Part shown: positions 46,367 to 54,762 of the stretch, piece by piece
How positions within the stretch are numbered: position 1 is the stretch's first letter
Layout of the letters: every line of letters starts with the position of its first letter
From: an uncultured Lachnospiraceae bacterium
Lineage (GTDB): Bacteria > Bacillota > Clostridia > Lachnospirales > Lachnospiraceae
NCBI GenBank assembly: GCA_905233905.1
Contig: CAJOFN010000001.1
Span: 266 to 64,265 of the forward strand
Direction: 5' to 3'
Length of the DNA: 64,000 nt
Program-made: the position numbers and the translations under genes
The notes under the pieces: model-generated
The model's database searches: none
Seen by the model: only the letters and a program-made list of their open reading frames with translations
Told to the model about the DNA's origin: nothing

Positions 46367-47067
46367 AGGCTCTGCTCCCCCTCTACAACTGTTCCGTTAA
46401 CAGCCAGCCTGTTTATTTGAGTAGCAATGTATCCGGCTCCGTAACCATTGTCAATATTTACGACCGACACTCCGTTGGCACAGGAATTGAGCATGGTAAG
46501 GAGCGCGGAAACGCCGTTAAAGCTGGCTCCGTAGCCAACGGACGTGGGAACGGCAACCACAGGAACCGGAACAAGACCGCCAATAACACTGGCAAGAGCT
46601 CCTTCCATCCCTGCTACGGCTATGACGCAGTTGGATGAGCTTATCTCCTCCTGCTGATCAAGAAGCCTGTGAAGACCGCTTACTCCCACATCATAATATC
46701 TCTTAACATTAGTTCCAAAAAATTCCGCTGTCTGGGCGGCTTCCTCTGCCACACCTATATCTGCGGTTCCTGCCGTACATACCGCCACAGAACCGATCCT
46801 TGCCTTGTCCGGTCTTTCGTATTTCAGGATACGCGAAACCGGATCATAATCTATATCAGGTATTATGGCCTTTGCCAGCTCGTATTGCTCCGGCGTCGCC
46901 CTTGTTCCAAGGACTTCTCCGTATTCCGCGTAAAGTCTTTTAAATATCTGTGTCAGGTGTTCGTCCGCCTTACCCTGACAGAATACTACCTCAGCAAAAC
47001 CTGTACGGCTCTTACGACCTGTGTCCAGCTTGGCAAAGCCCATGTCGGCATATTGTTTATTTTTCAT
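46363..47067 (-). CDS. larB: LarB-family (PurE-like) nickel-pincer cofactor biosynthesis protein
   Basis: AVAGMEGALASVIGGLVPVPVVAVPTSVGYG block typical of the PurE/LarB fold, 234 aa. Confidence 0.75.
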   Translation of the reverse strand: MKNKQYADMGFAKLDTGRKSRTGFAEVVFCQGKADEHLTQIFKRLYAEYGEVLGTRATPEQYELAKAIIPDIDYDPVSRILKYERPDKARIGSVAVCTAGTADIGVAEEAAQTAEFFGTNVKRYYDVGVSGLHRLLDQQEEISSSNCVIAVAGMEGALASVIGGLVPVPVVAVPTSVGYGASFNGVSALLTMLNSCANGVSVVNIDNGYGAGYIATQINRLAVNGTVVEGEQSL

Positions 47068-48319
47068 TTAATATCTTCATCGCTCTTCTGATCTGATTGT
47101 CAGCGTTGTAATCATATTCCTTGGCATCCTTGTCGCCGGTATACTTATATTTTAATTTGATATCCGGCTTTATGCCCTTTTCGTGGATGCTTTCACCCTT
47201 TGGCGTATAATAGCTTGCCATTGTAAGCTTTACCGCGCTGCCATCGGGAAGGGGATATGTCATCTGTACGACTCCCTTGCCGTAGGTCTTTTCTCCAATG
47301 AGGACGCCATAGTTGTAATCCCTTATGGCGCCGGCAAAAATCTCCGCGGAGCTTGCCGTATTGCCTGAAATAAGAACTGCCATGGGATAATCTATCTTGT
47401 TCTCCTCGTCTGAAGTGTAGGTGGTCTTCTCGCCCTTGTTGTCAACCATATATACGGTAATGCCTTCGGGAAGGATACTGTCCAATATTTCGGTAACGGA
47501 GCTGACCATTCCTCCGGGATTGGTGCGCAGGTCAAATATCACTGCCTTCATGCCCCCGGCGGCGAGCTCATCCATCGCCTTGTTATATTCTTCAGCGGTA
47601 TTTGAAGAAAACTCGTATATTTCAATAAGACCAATATTATCATCAAGCATACGCCAGGATACGGATGGTATGGTGACCTCAGCCCTGGTAACATTGATGG
47701 TCTTTTCCTCACCGTCTCTTGAATAAACAAGCTCAAAGCTTGTACCCTCTTCTCCCCTTATCCTCTGGACAAAATCATCCAGCTTCTCATCGACCGCCTG
47801 AATACCGTCAACAGATACAATTATGTCGTCAGCCCGAAGCCCGGCCTCCTCAGCCGGTGAGCCCTCATACACCCTTGTGATGGTGACGATCATTGTATCC
47901 TTGTCCTGGGAAAGCTGGGCTCCGAGACCTGCGTAATTGCCAGTGGTATTGATCTGAAAATCCTCGTATTCCTTGGCTGTGTAGTATTCTGAGTAGGGAT
48001 CATCCAGACCCTCAACTATACCCTTGTACAAGCCCTCTGTTAAGTCGTCATCATTGACCTCTTTGTAGTAGTTGTCATGGATGATCTGGCTCAGATATGA
48101 AAGCTTTGCCCGGGCAGTGGCATCAACCACGTCATTGCCAAGAAACCCCTTGACAAAGGAAAGTCCCAGGGCGCACAGGACGGCAAATACTGCCAATGTT
48201 CCGACAATTCCTGCAACAAGACCTTTTCCGAAGCCTCCCTTTTTAGGCTCAGGCTCATATACCGGCGGCATGCCGTTCCCTGTTGAAGGAATGATCTCCT
48301 CGTTGTTAAAATCCATCAT
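47057..48319 (-). CDS. ctpA: S41 carboxy-terminal processing peptidase with PDZ domain
   Basis: PDZ (GSPAEEAGLRADDIIVSVDG), DLRTNPGG, GNTASSAEIFAG with the catalytic Ser, and the GKG..Q motif. Confidence 0.85.
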   Translation of the reverse strand: MMDFNNEEIIPSTGNGMPPVYEPEPKKGGFGKGLVAGIVGTLAVFAVLCALGLSFVKGFLGNDVVDATARAKLSYLSQIIHDNYYKEVNDDDLTEGLYKGIVEGLDDPYSEYYTAKEYEDFQINTTGNYAGLGAQLSQDKDTMIVTITRVYEGSPAEEAGLRADDIIVSVDGIQAVDEKLDDFVQRIRGEEGTSFELVYSRDGEEKTINVTRAEVTIPSVSWRMLDDNIGLIEIYEFSSNTAEEYNKAMDELAAGGMKAVIFDLRTNPGGMVSSVTEILDSILPEGITVYMVDNKGEKTTYTSDEENKIDYPMAVLISGNTASSAEIFAGAIRDYNYGVLIGEKTYGKGVVQMTYPLPDGSAVKLTMASYYTPKGESIHEKGIKPDIKLKYKYTGDKDAKEYDYNADNQIRRAMKILNEK

Positions 48320-48328
48320 TGCTCCTTT

Positions 48329-49231
48329 TTAAACCTTAAGATGTCTCTTTAATGTTACACGGCTGCCTATATAACCGATACCAACCCCCAGCAGGATTGA
48401 AGACGGTATAAGAAATCGGAATATCTGATCCGCCGGAATGAATGAAACCATGCTGTTAAGCGCCGTGAATTTGTCGTATACATAGGTCAGGATGGCGTTG
48501 TACAGAAAATACAAAAGAGCCAGCGGCAAAACAGAACCCACAAGACCTATTACCACTCCCTCCACTACAAAGGGCGCCCTTACGAACCTGTCCGTGGCCC
48601 CGATAAACTTCATGATGGCTATTTCCTCACGACGGACCGCAATACCCACCATTACGGTATTGCTGATCAGAAAGATCGCTACCGCAACAAGGATTATGAT
48701 CACGCCTATGGATATGTATGTAAGCAGTGAATTGAAATCCGTCAGCGTCCTTGCTGCCACCTCGGACTGATGTACCTCACGGACTCCGTCAAGCCCTTCG
48801 ATATATTTTACCAGGTCCTCCTGCTCGGCAACGTCTGCAAGATATATCTCATAATTGGCATCCTCTGCTAAGGGATTGTCCTCTTTGAAATTTGCCGCTG
48901 CCTTTTCGTTGCCCTCGAAATAAATTTCCTTGTAGTCCTCCCATGCTTCATCTGCCGAGATGAAATCGTAGTGTGCCACTTCGTCACGTTTGCTTATGGC
49001 CTTGCCAACGGCTTTGATCTGGTCATCCGTGGCATTCTCGTTGAAGAAAACTGTTATTGCAACGCCTTCTTCGGCTTCGCGTACCATCTGGTTGAAATTG
49101 CTGCCTATAGAGTAAAAGACTCCCAACAGGAAAATACAGGCTCCCATTGTGGCTATTGAAGCCAATGAGAACATTTTATTGCGCCAGATATTGACGAAGC
49201 CCTGACGGACATTATATAGAAACGTACTGAT
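48329..49231 (-). CDS. ftsX: cell-division ABC permease-like protein FtsX (start upstream of the first canonical start codon)
   Basis: The ORF track starts at ATG 49174. The same frame is open to 49231 and encodes [19 protein letters not shown], which matches the conserved FtsX N-terminus (compare B. subtilis LREGVKNLSRNGWMTFAS). The only plausible initiator is ATC at 49231, 5 nt after GGAAGAGGTGG. Confidence 0.75.
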   Translation of the reverse strand: MSTFLYNVRQGFVNIWRNKMFSLASIATMGACIFLLGVFYSIGSNFNQMVREAEEGVAITVFFNENATDDQIKAVGKAISKRDEVAHYDFISADEAWEDYKEIYFEGNEKAAANFKEDNPLAEDANYEIYLADVAEQEDLVKYIEGLDGVREVHQSEVAARTLTDFNSLLTYISIGVIIILVAVAIFLISNTVMVGIAVRREEIAIMKFIGATDRFVRAPFVVEGVVIGLVGSVLPLALLYFLYNAILTYVYDKFTALNSMVSFIPADQIFRFLIPSSILLGVGIGYIGSRVTLKRHLKV

Positions 49232-49907
49232 TTAAACCACCTCTTCCTTTTCTGTCCTCTACCACTACGCCCTTCTGGATCGTGATCACACGCTTGTTCA
49301 TGGCGTGTACAATATCCATGTTGTGGGTAACTACTACTACCGTTGTACCCTTCTGATTGATCTCCTCAAGCAGCCTCATGATCTCCCATGCGTTCTGGCT
49401 GTCAAGGTTACCTGTGGGCTCGTCAGCTAAAAGGATCTTGGGCTCATTGATAAGGGCCCTGGCAATCGCCACACGCTGCTGCTCTCCACCGGAAAGCTGC
49501 TTGGGAAGGGAACGGTATTTGGCAGCAAGCCCCACCAGGGAAAGCATTATGGGAACCCGCTTTCTTATGCGGCTCCTGGGGGCCTCAACCACACGAAGGG
49601 CAAAGGCCACATTCTCGTAAACATTGCGATCCTTCAGCAGACGGAAATTCTGGAACACAACGCCGACGTTGCGCCTGAACTTGGGTATCTGCTTGTGGGA
49701 GATAAGCCCTATATCCTTGCCGTTGACAAAAACCCTGCCGCTTGTAGGCTCAAGCTCCTTGAGAAGAAGCTTGATTATGGTGGATTTGCCGGAGCCGGAA
49801 TCTCCTACTATAAAGACAAACTCTCCCGGCTCTATATGCAATGATATGTCATTTACCGCGTGAATACCTTCCTCGTATTTCTTTGTAACATGCCGAAGCT
49901 CTATCAA
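49212..49907 (-). CDS. ftsE: cell-division ABC ATPase FtsE
   Basis: Walker [10 protein letters not shown], signature LSGGEQQRV, Walker [13 protein letters not shown]. Confidence 0.9.
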   Translation of the reverse strand: MIELRHVTKKYEEGIHAVNDISLHIEPGEFVFIVGDSGSGKSTIIKLLLKELEPTSGRVFVNGKDIGLISHKQIPKFRRNVGVVFQNFRLLKDRNVYENVAFALRVVEAPRSRIRKRVPIMLSLVGLAAKYRSLPKQLSGGEQQRVAIARALINEPKILLADEPTGNLDSQNAWEIMRLLEEINQKGTTVVVVTHNMDIVHAMNKRVITIQKGVVVEDRKGRGGLNQYVSI

Positions 49908-49994
49908 GCCTTGACCTCCTCATAATATGTATCGCCCCCTCCCTATGGTCGGGGTCCAGTCGTCAGAGCGCATTTGAAGTTATGATACAGAGCA

Positions 49995-51089
49995 TCATAA
50001 GCGCTCCTCCTCATCCATGTATTTCATGTATTCCACTACCATTAAAGCGATCTTGAAGGTAATAGCATCCTCAAAGACCCGAAGATCAAGCCCCGTACCC
50101 TTTTGGAGCTTGTCAAGACGGTAAACAAGGGTATTCCTGTGAATATATAGCTGTCTTGAGGTCTCCGAAACATTGAGGCTGTTCTCGAAGAATTTGTTGA
50201 TGGTCATCAGAGTCTCCTCATCAAACTCATCAGGATTACGGCTCTCAAATATCTCCTGAATAAACATCCTGCACAGAGGAATGGGAAGCTGATAGATCAG
50301 CCTTCCTATGCCAAGATTGGAATAGGGTATGATCTGAAGCTCCTTAAAGAATATCTTGCCTACGTCAAGCGCCATAGCGGCTTCCTTGTAGGATCTGGAT
50401 ACATCCTTAAGCTCTCCTACGATGGTACCGTAGGATACACGGACATTCGCCGCGTCTTCGTTGTCAAAGGAGTCCATGATGACCCTTGCGGTCTTGTCCA
50501 GCTCCTCATAAGCGTCATCCTCGGAGTTGATATGCTTGACTATTATGATATTGCGCTCATCAACCGCGGTAACGAAGTCCCTGCTCCTGCCGCCGAATAC
50601 GTTGCGCACGCGGTCTATCTCGTCCCCGTCGGTGACGGAACCACATTCCACCAGCATAACCACGCGCTTTGCTTCTATGTCAACATGAAGCTTCTTGGCG
50701 CGATTGTAGATGTCCACAAGGAGAAGATTATCCATGAGAAGGTTCTTGACGAAGTTGTCCTTGTCAAGCCGCTCCCTGTAAGCTGCAACTAACTCCTCAA
50801 TGGAGAAAGCGGCGCTCTTGCCGAGCATCGCGGCCAATTCATCCTCCCCCTTGACGAATACCACGAACTCAAGCTGCTTCTCGTCATACACCTTAAAAAA
50901 TGAACACCCTGCCTTCTGAAGGCTCTCTTCATCAGATTCGGCAAACGCCGCAACCTCTTCCGCGAAGTCCCCCACTTCGGCAAAGGTTGATGCCAATGAT
51001 ACACCGTCTGTGTCAGTCACCGCGTAATCCCTTGAAGTGATCGACGCCAGACCGTCTACTGTCTTTTGCAGTATCTGGTTCGATATCAT
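49995..51089 (-). CDS. PucR/CdaR-family transcriptional regulator
   Basis: C-terminal HTH SETSRQLYIHRNTLVYRLDKL. The start is placed at MISNQIL (51089), preceded by GGGGGG. Confidence 0.7.
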   Translation of the reverse strand: MISNQILQKTVDGLASITSRDYAVTDTDGVSLASTFAEVGDFAEEVAAFAESDEESLQKAGCSFFKVYDEKQLEFVVFVKGEDELAAMLGKSAAFSIEELVAAYRERLDKDNFVKNLLMDNLLLVDIYNRAKKLHVDIEAKRVVMLVECGSVTDGDEIDRVRNVFGGRSRDFVTAVDERNIIIVKHINSEDDAYEELDKTARVIMDSFDNEDAANVRVSYGTIVGELKDVSRSYKEAAMALDVGKIFFKELQIIPYSNLGIGRLIYQLPIPLCRMFIQEIFESRNPDEFDEETLMTINKFFENSLNVSETSRQLYIHRNTLVYRLDKLQKGTGLDLRVFEDAITFKIALMVVEYMKYMDEEERL

Positions 51090-51204
51090 GTTTTTCCCCC
51101 CATATATATATAAATGTTTTACAGGCTGTGCAGTATTCCACACAGATAACAATAATTTTAATATAATATTAAAGAAAATGAAAGCTTTTTAGTAAAAAGG
51201 TTAC

Positions 51205-51233
51205 AAAAAAACCGACAGAACAAAGTCTGCCGG
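51205..51233 (-). terminator. intrinsic terminator after the NlpC/P60 gene
   Basis: Minus-strand RNA CCGGCAG-acuuuguu-CUGUCGG followed by U7. Confidence 0.6.
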
Positions 51234-51267
51234 TGCTTTGATCGTATGATAAACTATCGGTAAGCTT

Positions 51268-52512
51268 TTAGAAAATCCTCCTTACCGCAAGGATCTGGCG
51301 ATAATTAGCATTGGTGTACTTGATACCGTCACGGGCGTTGGAAGCATTAACGATCATTCCGCCGCCGGCATAAATTCCAACATGTCCGGAGTAGCAAACA
51401 ATATCGCCGGGCTTCATGTCTGAAGCGCTTACAGCATAGCCTACGCCACGATCCGCGCTTGAAGAATGAGGAAGGCTTACACCGAAGTGTGAGTATACAC
51501 TCATAACAAAGCCTGAGCAGTCAGCGCCGTTGGTAAGTGATGTACCGCCATAAACATAGGGATTGCCAATGAACTGTGAAGCATAGCTTGCAACAGCGGC
51601 ACCGCCGGAACCGGAAGGAGCAGCATATGTCCTCTCGGGAGCTGCCTGTGAAGGAGCACTGGCGGATGCGGAACGGGTTGTAGCGGAATTGCTGTTGGAA
51701 CGGGTAGCGGGAGCAACAGTATCGGTGGTATCGCCGCCATACTGACGGATAAGCTCACGAAGCTGAGCCTCTTCTCTAATACGCTCTTCCTCTACTGTCT
51801 CACCATAAGAGAACTGATCTTCTATCTTTACATAATCGGCAGCGACATAACCCTCACCGCCATCAACGGATACCTTGATCCATCCGTCCTTTTTATTTGA
51901 GTCATCAATAACAGTAAGGTCATCTCCGTTGGGAACCATGGCAATGACATCGGAGTCCTTGGACATTTCGTTCCTGACATAGAGAGAATCAGCGTTGACC
52001 TTGGCTACTGTACGGCTTGCGGACTTGATAGCCTTCTTATCGCCTACCTTTAAGTAGTCACCGTTTACATAGCCTGTAACATTACCGGAGGTTATCTTGT
52101 ACCAGTCGCCCTTAACCTTTTCAACCTTGGCAAAGTTGTCAGCGTAGAGCTTGCCTACAGCCTCTGAATTCTGATCGGCCTTGGCACGTACATTAACATA
52201 ATCATTAACATTCGCAATCGCAACATCTTCGATCTTCTTAAGCTCGGCAGCAAGCCTTGCTACCATTGCCGCTTCCTTGGCAGCCTCTTCCTCCTCGACC
52301 TTCTTGTCGGCTGTGGCTACGAGCTGAGCCATGATCTGGTTGGCTCCGGCTACGGTTGAGTAAGAATATTCCTCGACTGTGTCAGCGTCTGTAGATGCCA
52401 TCGCTGTAGCGCCGGCTACCGGTGCAGCATTGACAGTCATACCGCTTGCAAGAGCCATCGCTCCCGCTGCTAATCCATAGGTGACTGCTGCTGCCTTCTG
52501 ATTGCGATTCAT
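51268..52512 (-). CDS. secreted peptidoglycan endopeptidase, 2x SH3b plus C-terminal NlpC/P60
   Basis: Signal peptide, two SH3b-like repeats (YVNVRAKADQNSEAVGKLY..., LYVRNEMSKDSDVIAMV...) and an NlpC/P60 catalytic GADCSGFV ... H. Confidence 0.85.
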   Translation of the reverse strand: MNRNQKAAAVTYGLAAGAMALASGMTVNAAPVAGATAMASTDADTVEEYSYSTVAGANQIMAQLVATADKKVEEEEAAKEAAMVARLAAELKKIEDVAIANVNDYVNVRAKADQNSEAVGKLYADNFAKVEKVKGDWYKITSGNVTGYVNGDYLKVGDKKAIKSASRTVAKVNADSLYVRNEMSKDSDVIAMVPNGDDLTVIDDSNKKDGWIKVSVDGGEGYVAADYVKIEDQFSYGETVEEERIREEAQLRELIRQYGGDTTDTVAPATRSNSNSATTRSASASAPSQAAPERTYAAPSGSGGAAVASYASQFIGNPYVYGGTSLTNGADCSGFVMSVYSHFGVSLPHSSSADRGVGYAVSASDMKPGDIVCYSGHVGIYAGGGMIVNASNARDGIKYTNANYRQILAVRRIF

Positions 52513-52552
52513 TGCGAAATAACCTCCAACTGTTATGAACCCGTTTGTGTTT

Positions 52553-52579
52553 TGTTACAATTTTGTTAAGATTTGTTAC
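52553..52579 (+). promoter_or_regulatory. WalR-type direct repeats TGTTAC-N5-TGTTAA-N4-TGTTAC
   Basis: Hexamers at 52553, 52564 and 52574 fit TGTWAH. Further copies lie nearby on either strand (TGTTAT, TGTAAC, TGTTAC around 52531, 52633 and 52671). They sit between the -10 and the RBS of the NlpC/P60 gene. Confidence 0.4.
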
Positions 52580-52585
52580 TTCGCT

Positions 52586-52613
52586 ATTATAACATGTATA
52601 TTTTCAATGTCAA
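52586..52613 (-). promoter_or_regulatory. near-consensus sigma-A promoter TTGACA-N16-(TGt)TATAAT for the NlpC/P60 gene
   Basis: -35 at 52608-52613 and -10 at 52586-52591 on the minus strand. Confidence 0.6.
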
Positions 52614-52677
52614 CTATGTTTTTTACATTTTTGTAACATTTTCTGTTGCAGCCACGTACTGATCGCTAACCTGTTAC

Positions 52678-53583
52678 CTACAGTATGCCCTCGATGGATG
52701 TGATCGCATTAGCGCCGTCTGCAACGGCTGTTACTACCTGTCTCAGAGGCTTGGTGCGGACATCTCCCGCAGCGTAGATTCCGGGAATGGAGGTCTTGCA
52801 GGTCTCGTCTGCTATTATGTAGCCTGCCTCATCCCTCTCCGGGAGACCGTCAATGCCATCAAGGCCCGCATGTATGCCTACGGCTATGAATACCCCGTTT
52901 ACCGGAACCTCCTGCTCTTCGTTTGTTTTAACATTTTGGGCTATAATGCCTTCAACCGCGTCCTTTCCCCTGATCTCAGTAACAATGGTGTCATACATTA
53001 TCTCAATATTCTCCGCCTCAAAAACCTTATCCTGAAGCCGGCGTGCTCCCCGGAACTCATCTCTTCTGTGGATGAGTATCACCTTTGAGGCAAATCTGGA
53101 CAAAAACAGGGCGTCTCCTAATGCAACGTCACCACCTCCCACAACCGCAACGATCCTGTTTCTGAAAAAGGCTCCGTCGCAGGTTGCGCAGTATGATACT
53201 CCCATCCCCTTAAGCTCTTTTTCACCCGGCACCTTAAGCTCGTTATGCTCTGCGCCTGCGGCTATTATCACGGCCCTAACAGCTATTGTAGTATCGTTAT
53301 CCAGAACAAGGCTCTTATGGCTGCCCTCATCCCTTATGGCGGTAACTCTTCCAAGAACAAATTCGGGCTCAAAGCTTTTGGCATGCTCTAAAAATTTATC
53401 CCCAAGCTCCATGCCGCCTATGCCCATAAGCCCTGGATAATTGTCAACCTCATAGGTGGTGGCTATCTGTCCGCCTCCGCCTGGGGAATCAGACACCACA
53501 ACCACGCTCCTTCCAGCGCGCCTTCCATATATTGCAGCCGAAAGGCCTGCTGGTCCGTTGCCGATTATAGCTATATCTTTCAT
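52678..53583 (-). CDS. trxB: thioredoxin-disulfide reductase
   Basis: FAD motif IIGNGPAGLSAAIY, redox CATCDG and the NADPH motif VVGGGDVA. Confidence 0.9.
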   Translation of the reverse strand: MKDIAIIGNGPAGLSAAIYGRRAGRSVVVVSDSPGGGGQIATTYEVDNYPGLMGIGGMELGDKFLEHAKSFEPEFVLGRVTAIRDEGSHKSLVLDNDTTIAVRAVIIAAGAEHNELKVPGEKELKGMGVSYCATCDGAFFRNRIVAVVGGGDVALGDALFLSRFASKVILIHRRDEFRGARRLQDKVFEAENIEIMYDTIVTEIRGKDAVEGIIAQNVKTNEEQEVPVNGVFIAVGIHAGLDGIDGLPERDEAGYIIADETCKTSIPGIYAAGDVRTKPLRQVVTAVADGANAITSIEGIL

Positions 53584-53667
53584 TTTGCACCTCTTATATT
53601 TGACTTTAGTTAATTATCATGTAATAATCGAAAATGTAACGATCGTTTCGCAGGAAGGGAGGCAGAC

Positions 53668-53853
53668 ATGGATGTCTCAAGCATCGCTTCCATGTCCATG
53701 TATATGTCACAGGCTAATCTGATGCAGGATCTCGGAACCGCGGTTCTTGGAATGGCATTAGACACCATGGATATGCAGGGACAAAGCGCAGCCTCTATAC
53801 TTGAATCGTCGGTAAACCCCGATATCGGGAGCAATATTGACATCCAAGTATAA
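53668..53853 (+). CDS. YjfB-like putative motility protein
   Basis: 61 aa, MDVSSIASMSMYMSQANLMQDLGTAVLGMALDTMDMQG. The pattern matches the YjfB family as I remember it. RBS GGAAGGGAGG. Confidence 0.6.
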   Translation: MDVSSIASMSMYMSQANLMQDLGTAVLGMALDTMDMQGQSAASILESSVNPDIGSNIDIQV

Positions 53854-53872
53854 AGGACATCGGAAATGAAGG

Positions 53873-53901
53873 TACCCCGTTCGCAAGAACCGGGGTATTT
53901 T
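53873..53901. terminator. hairpin terminator between the convergent yjfB-like and cvfB genes
   Basis: TACCCCG-11 nt loop-CGGGGTA followed by TTTT on the plus strand. Confidence 0.55.
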
Positions 53902-53906
53902 CATGG

Positions 53907-54755
53907 TCATGCCCTTCTTATAACTCCATCATCTACAATTATCTTTCTTTCCTTGTACAATCTTCCCACCGCACGCTTGAAGGCATTCTTGGACAGCCCG
54001 GTCTCCCGGAATATAACCTCCGCCCCGGCGCGTTCCGTAAAAGGGAGCACTCCGGCGTAGGAATCCAGTATCTCCAGCACCACATCGGCGTCTGAGCTGA
54101 TCTGTTCTTTTATTTTTTTCTTTGTGGTAATATCAAGCTTGCCGTCCTTTTTGACACCAAAGACCCTTGCGTGGATCACATCGCCGATCTTATGCTCCCT
54201 CATATCCTCGTGCTTTGGGAGCATGGCGGAGTATCTGTCATCTACTGCCACGAATGTGCCAAAATCATGGCCGAACTCGTATATCCTGCCCTCTACCTCA
54301 TCCCCGATGGTATATGGGGAGTCAGTGGATAAATAGTGATAAAGCTTTTTCATGCTTGCAGCCAGCCTGTTGCTCTTGTCAATATAAAGACGGACAAGCA
54401 CCTGCTCTTTTTCCTGCAGATGCCTTGTCATTTCCTTAAAGGGCATGAACAGATCCTTTGGCAGGCCCCAGTCTAAAAATGCCCCTATCTTTGACACCTG
54501 TTTTACTGTAAGCAGCGACACCTCATCAAGGGTAATAAGGGGCTCATCGGTTGAAGCAACCAGCCTGTCGTCCGAATCCAGGTACAAAAACACCCTTACA
54601 GACTCTCCCCTGGACATAGCATCTGTGACATAGCGGTTTGGAAGCAGCACCTTTTCCCCCGGCCGTCCTTCCCCTTCTTTGGGATCAACAAGGTACAGTC
54701 CATGCTCCGTCCTGCCTTTTATCTTTAGTTCCATGAAAGTTCCCGGTTTTAACAC
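53907..54755 (-). CDS. cvfB: S1-domain RNA-binding protein (CvfB/YitL family)
   Basis: Three S1-like repeats followed by a winged-helix-like C-terminus, 282 aa. Confidence 0.65.
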   Translation of the reverse strand: MLKPGTFMELKIKGRTEHGLYLVDPKEGEGRPGEKVLLPNRYVTDAMSRGESVRVFLYLDSDDRLVASTDEPLITLDEVSLLTVKQVSKIGAFLDWGLPKDLFMPFKEMTRHLQEKEQVLVRLYIDKSNRLAASMKKLYHYLSTDSPYTIGDEVEGRIYEFGHDFGTFVAVDDRYSAMLPKHEDMREHKIGDVIHARVFGVKKDGKLDITTKKKIKEQISSDADVVLEILDSYAGVLPFTERAGAEVIFRETGLSKNAFKRAVGRLYKERKIIVDDGVIRRA

Positions 54756-54762
54756 TTCCTTA

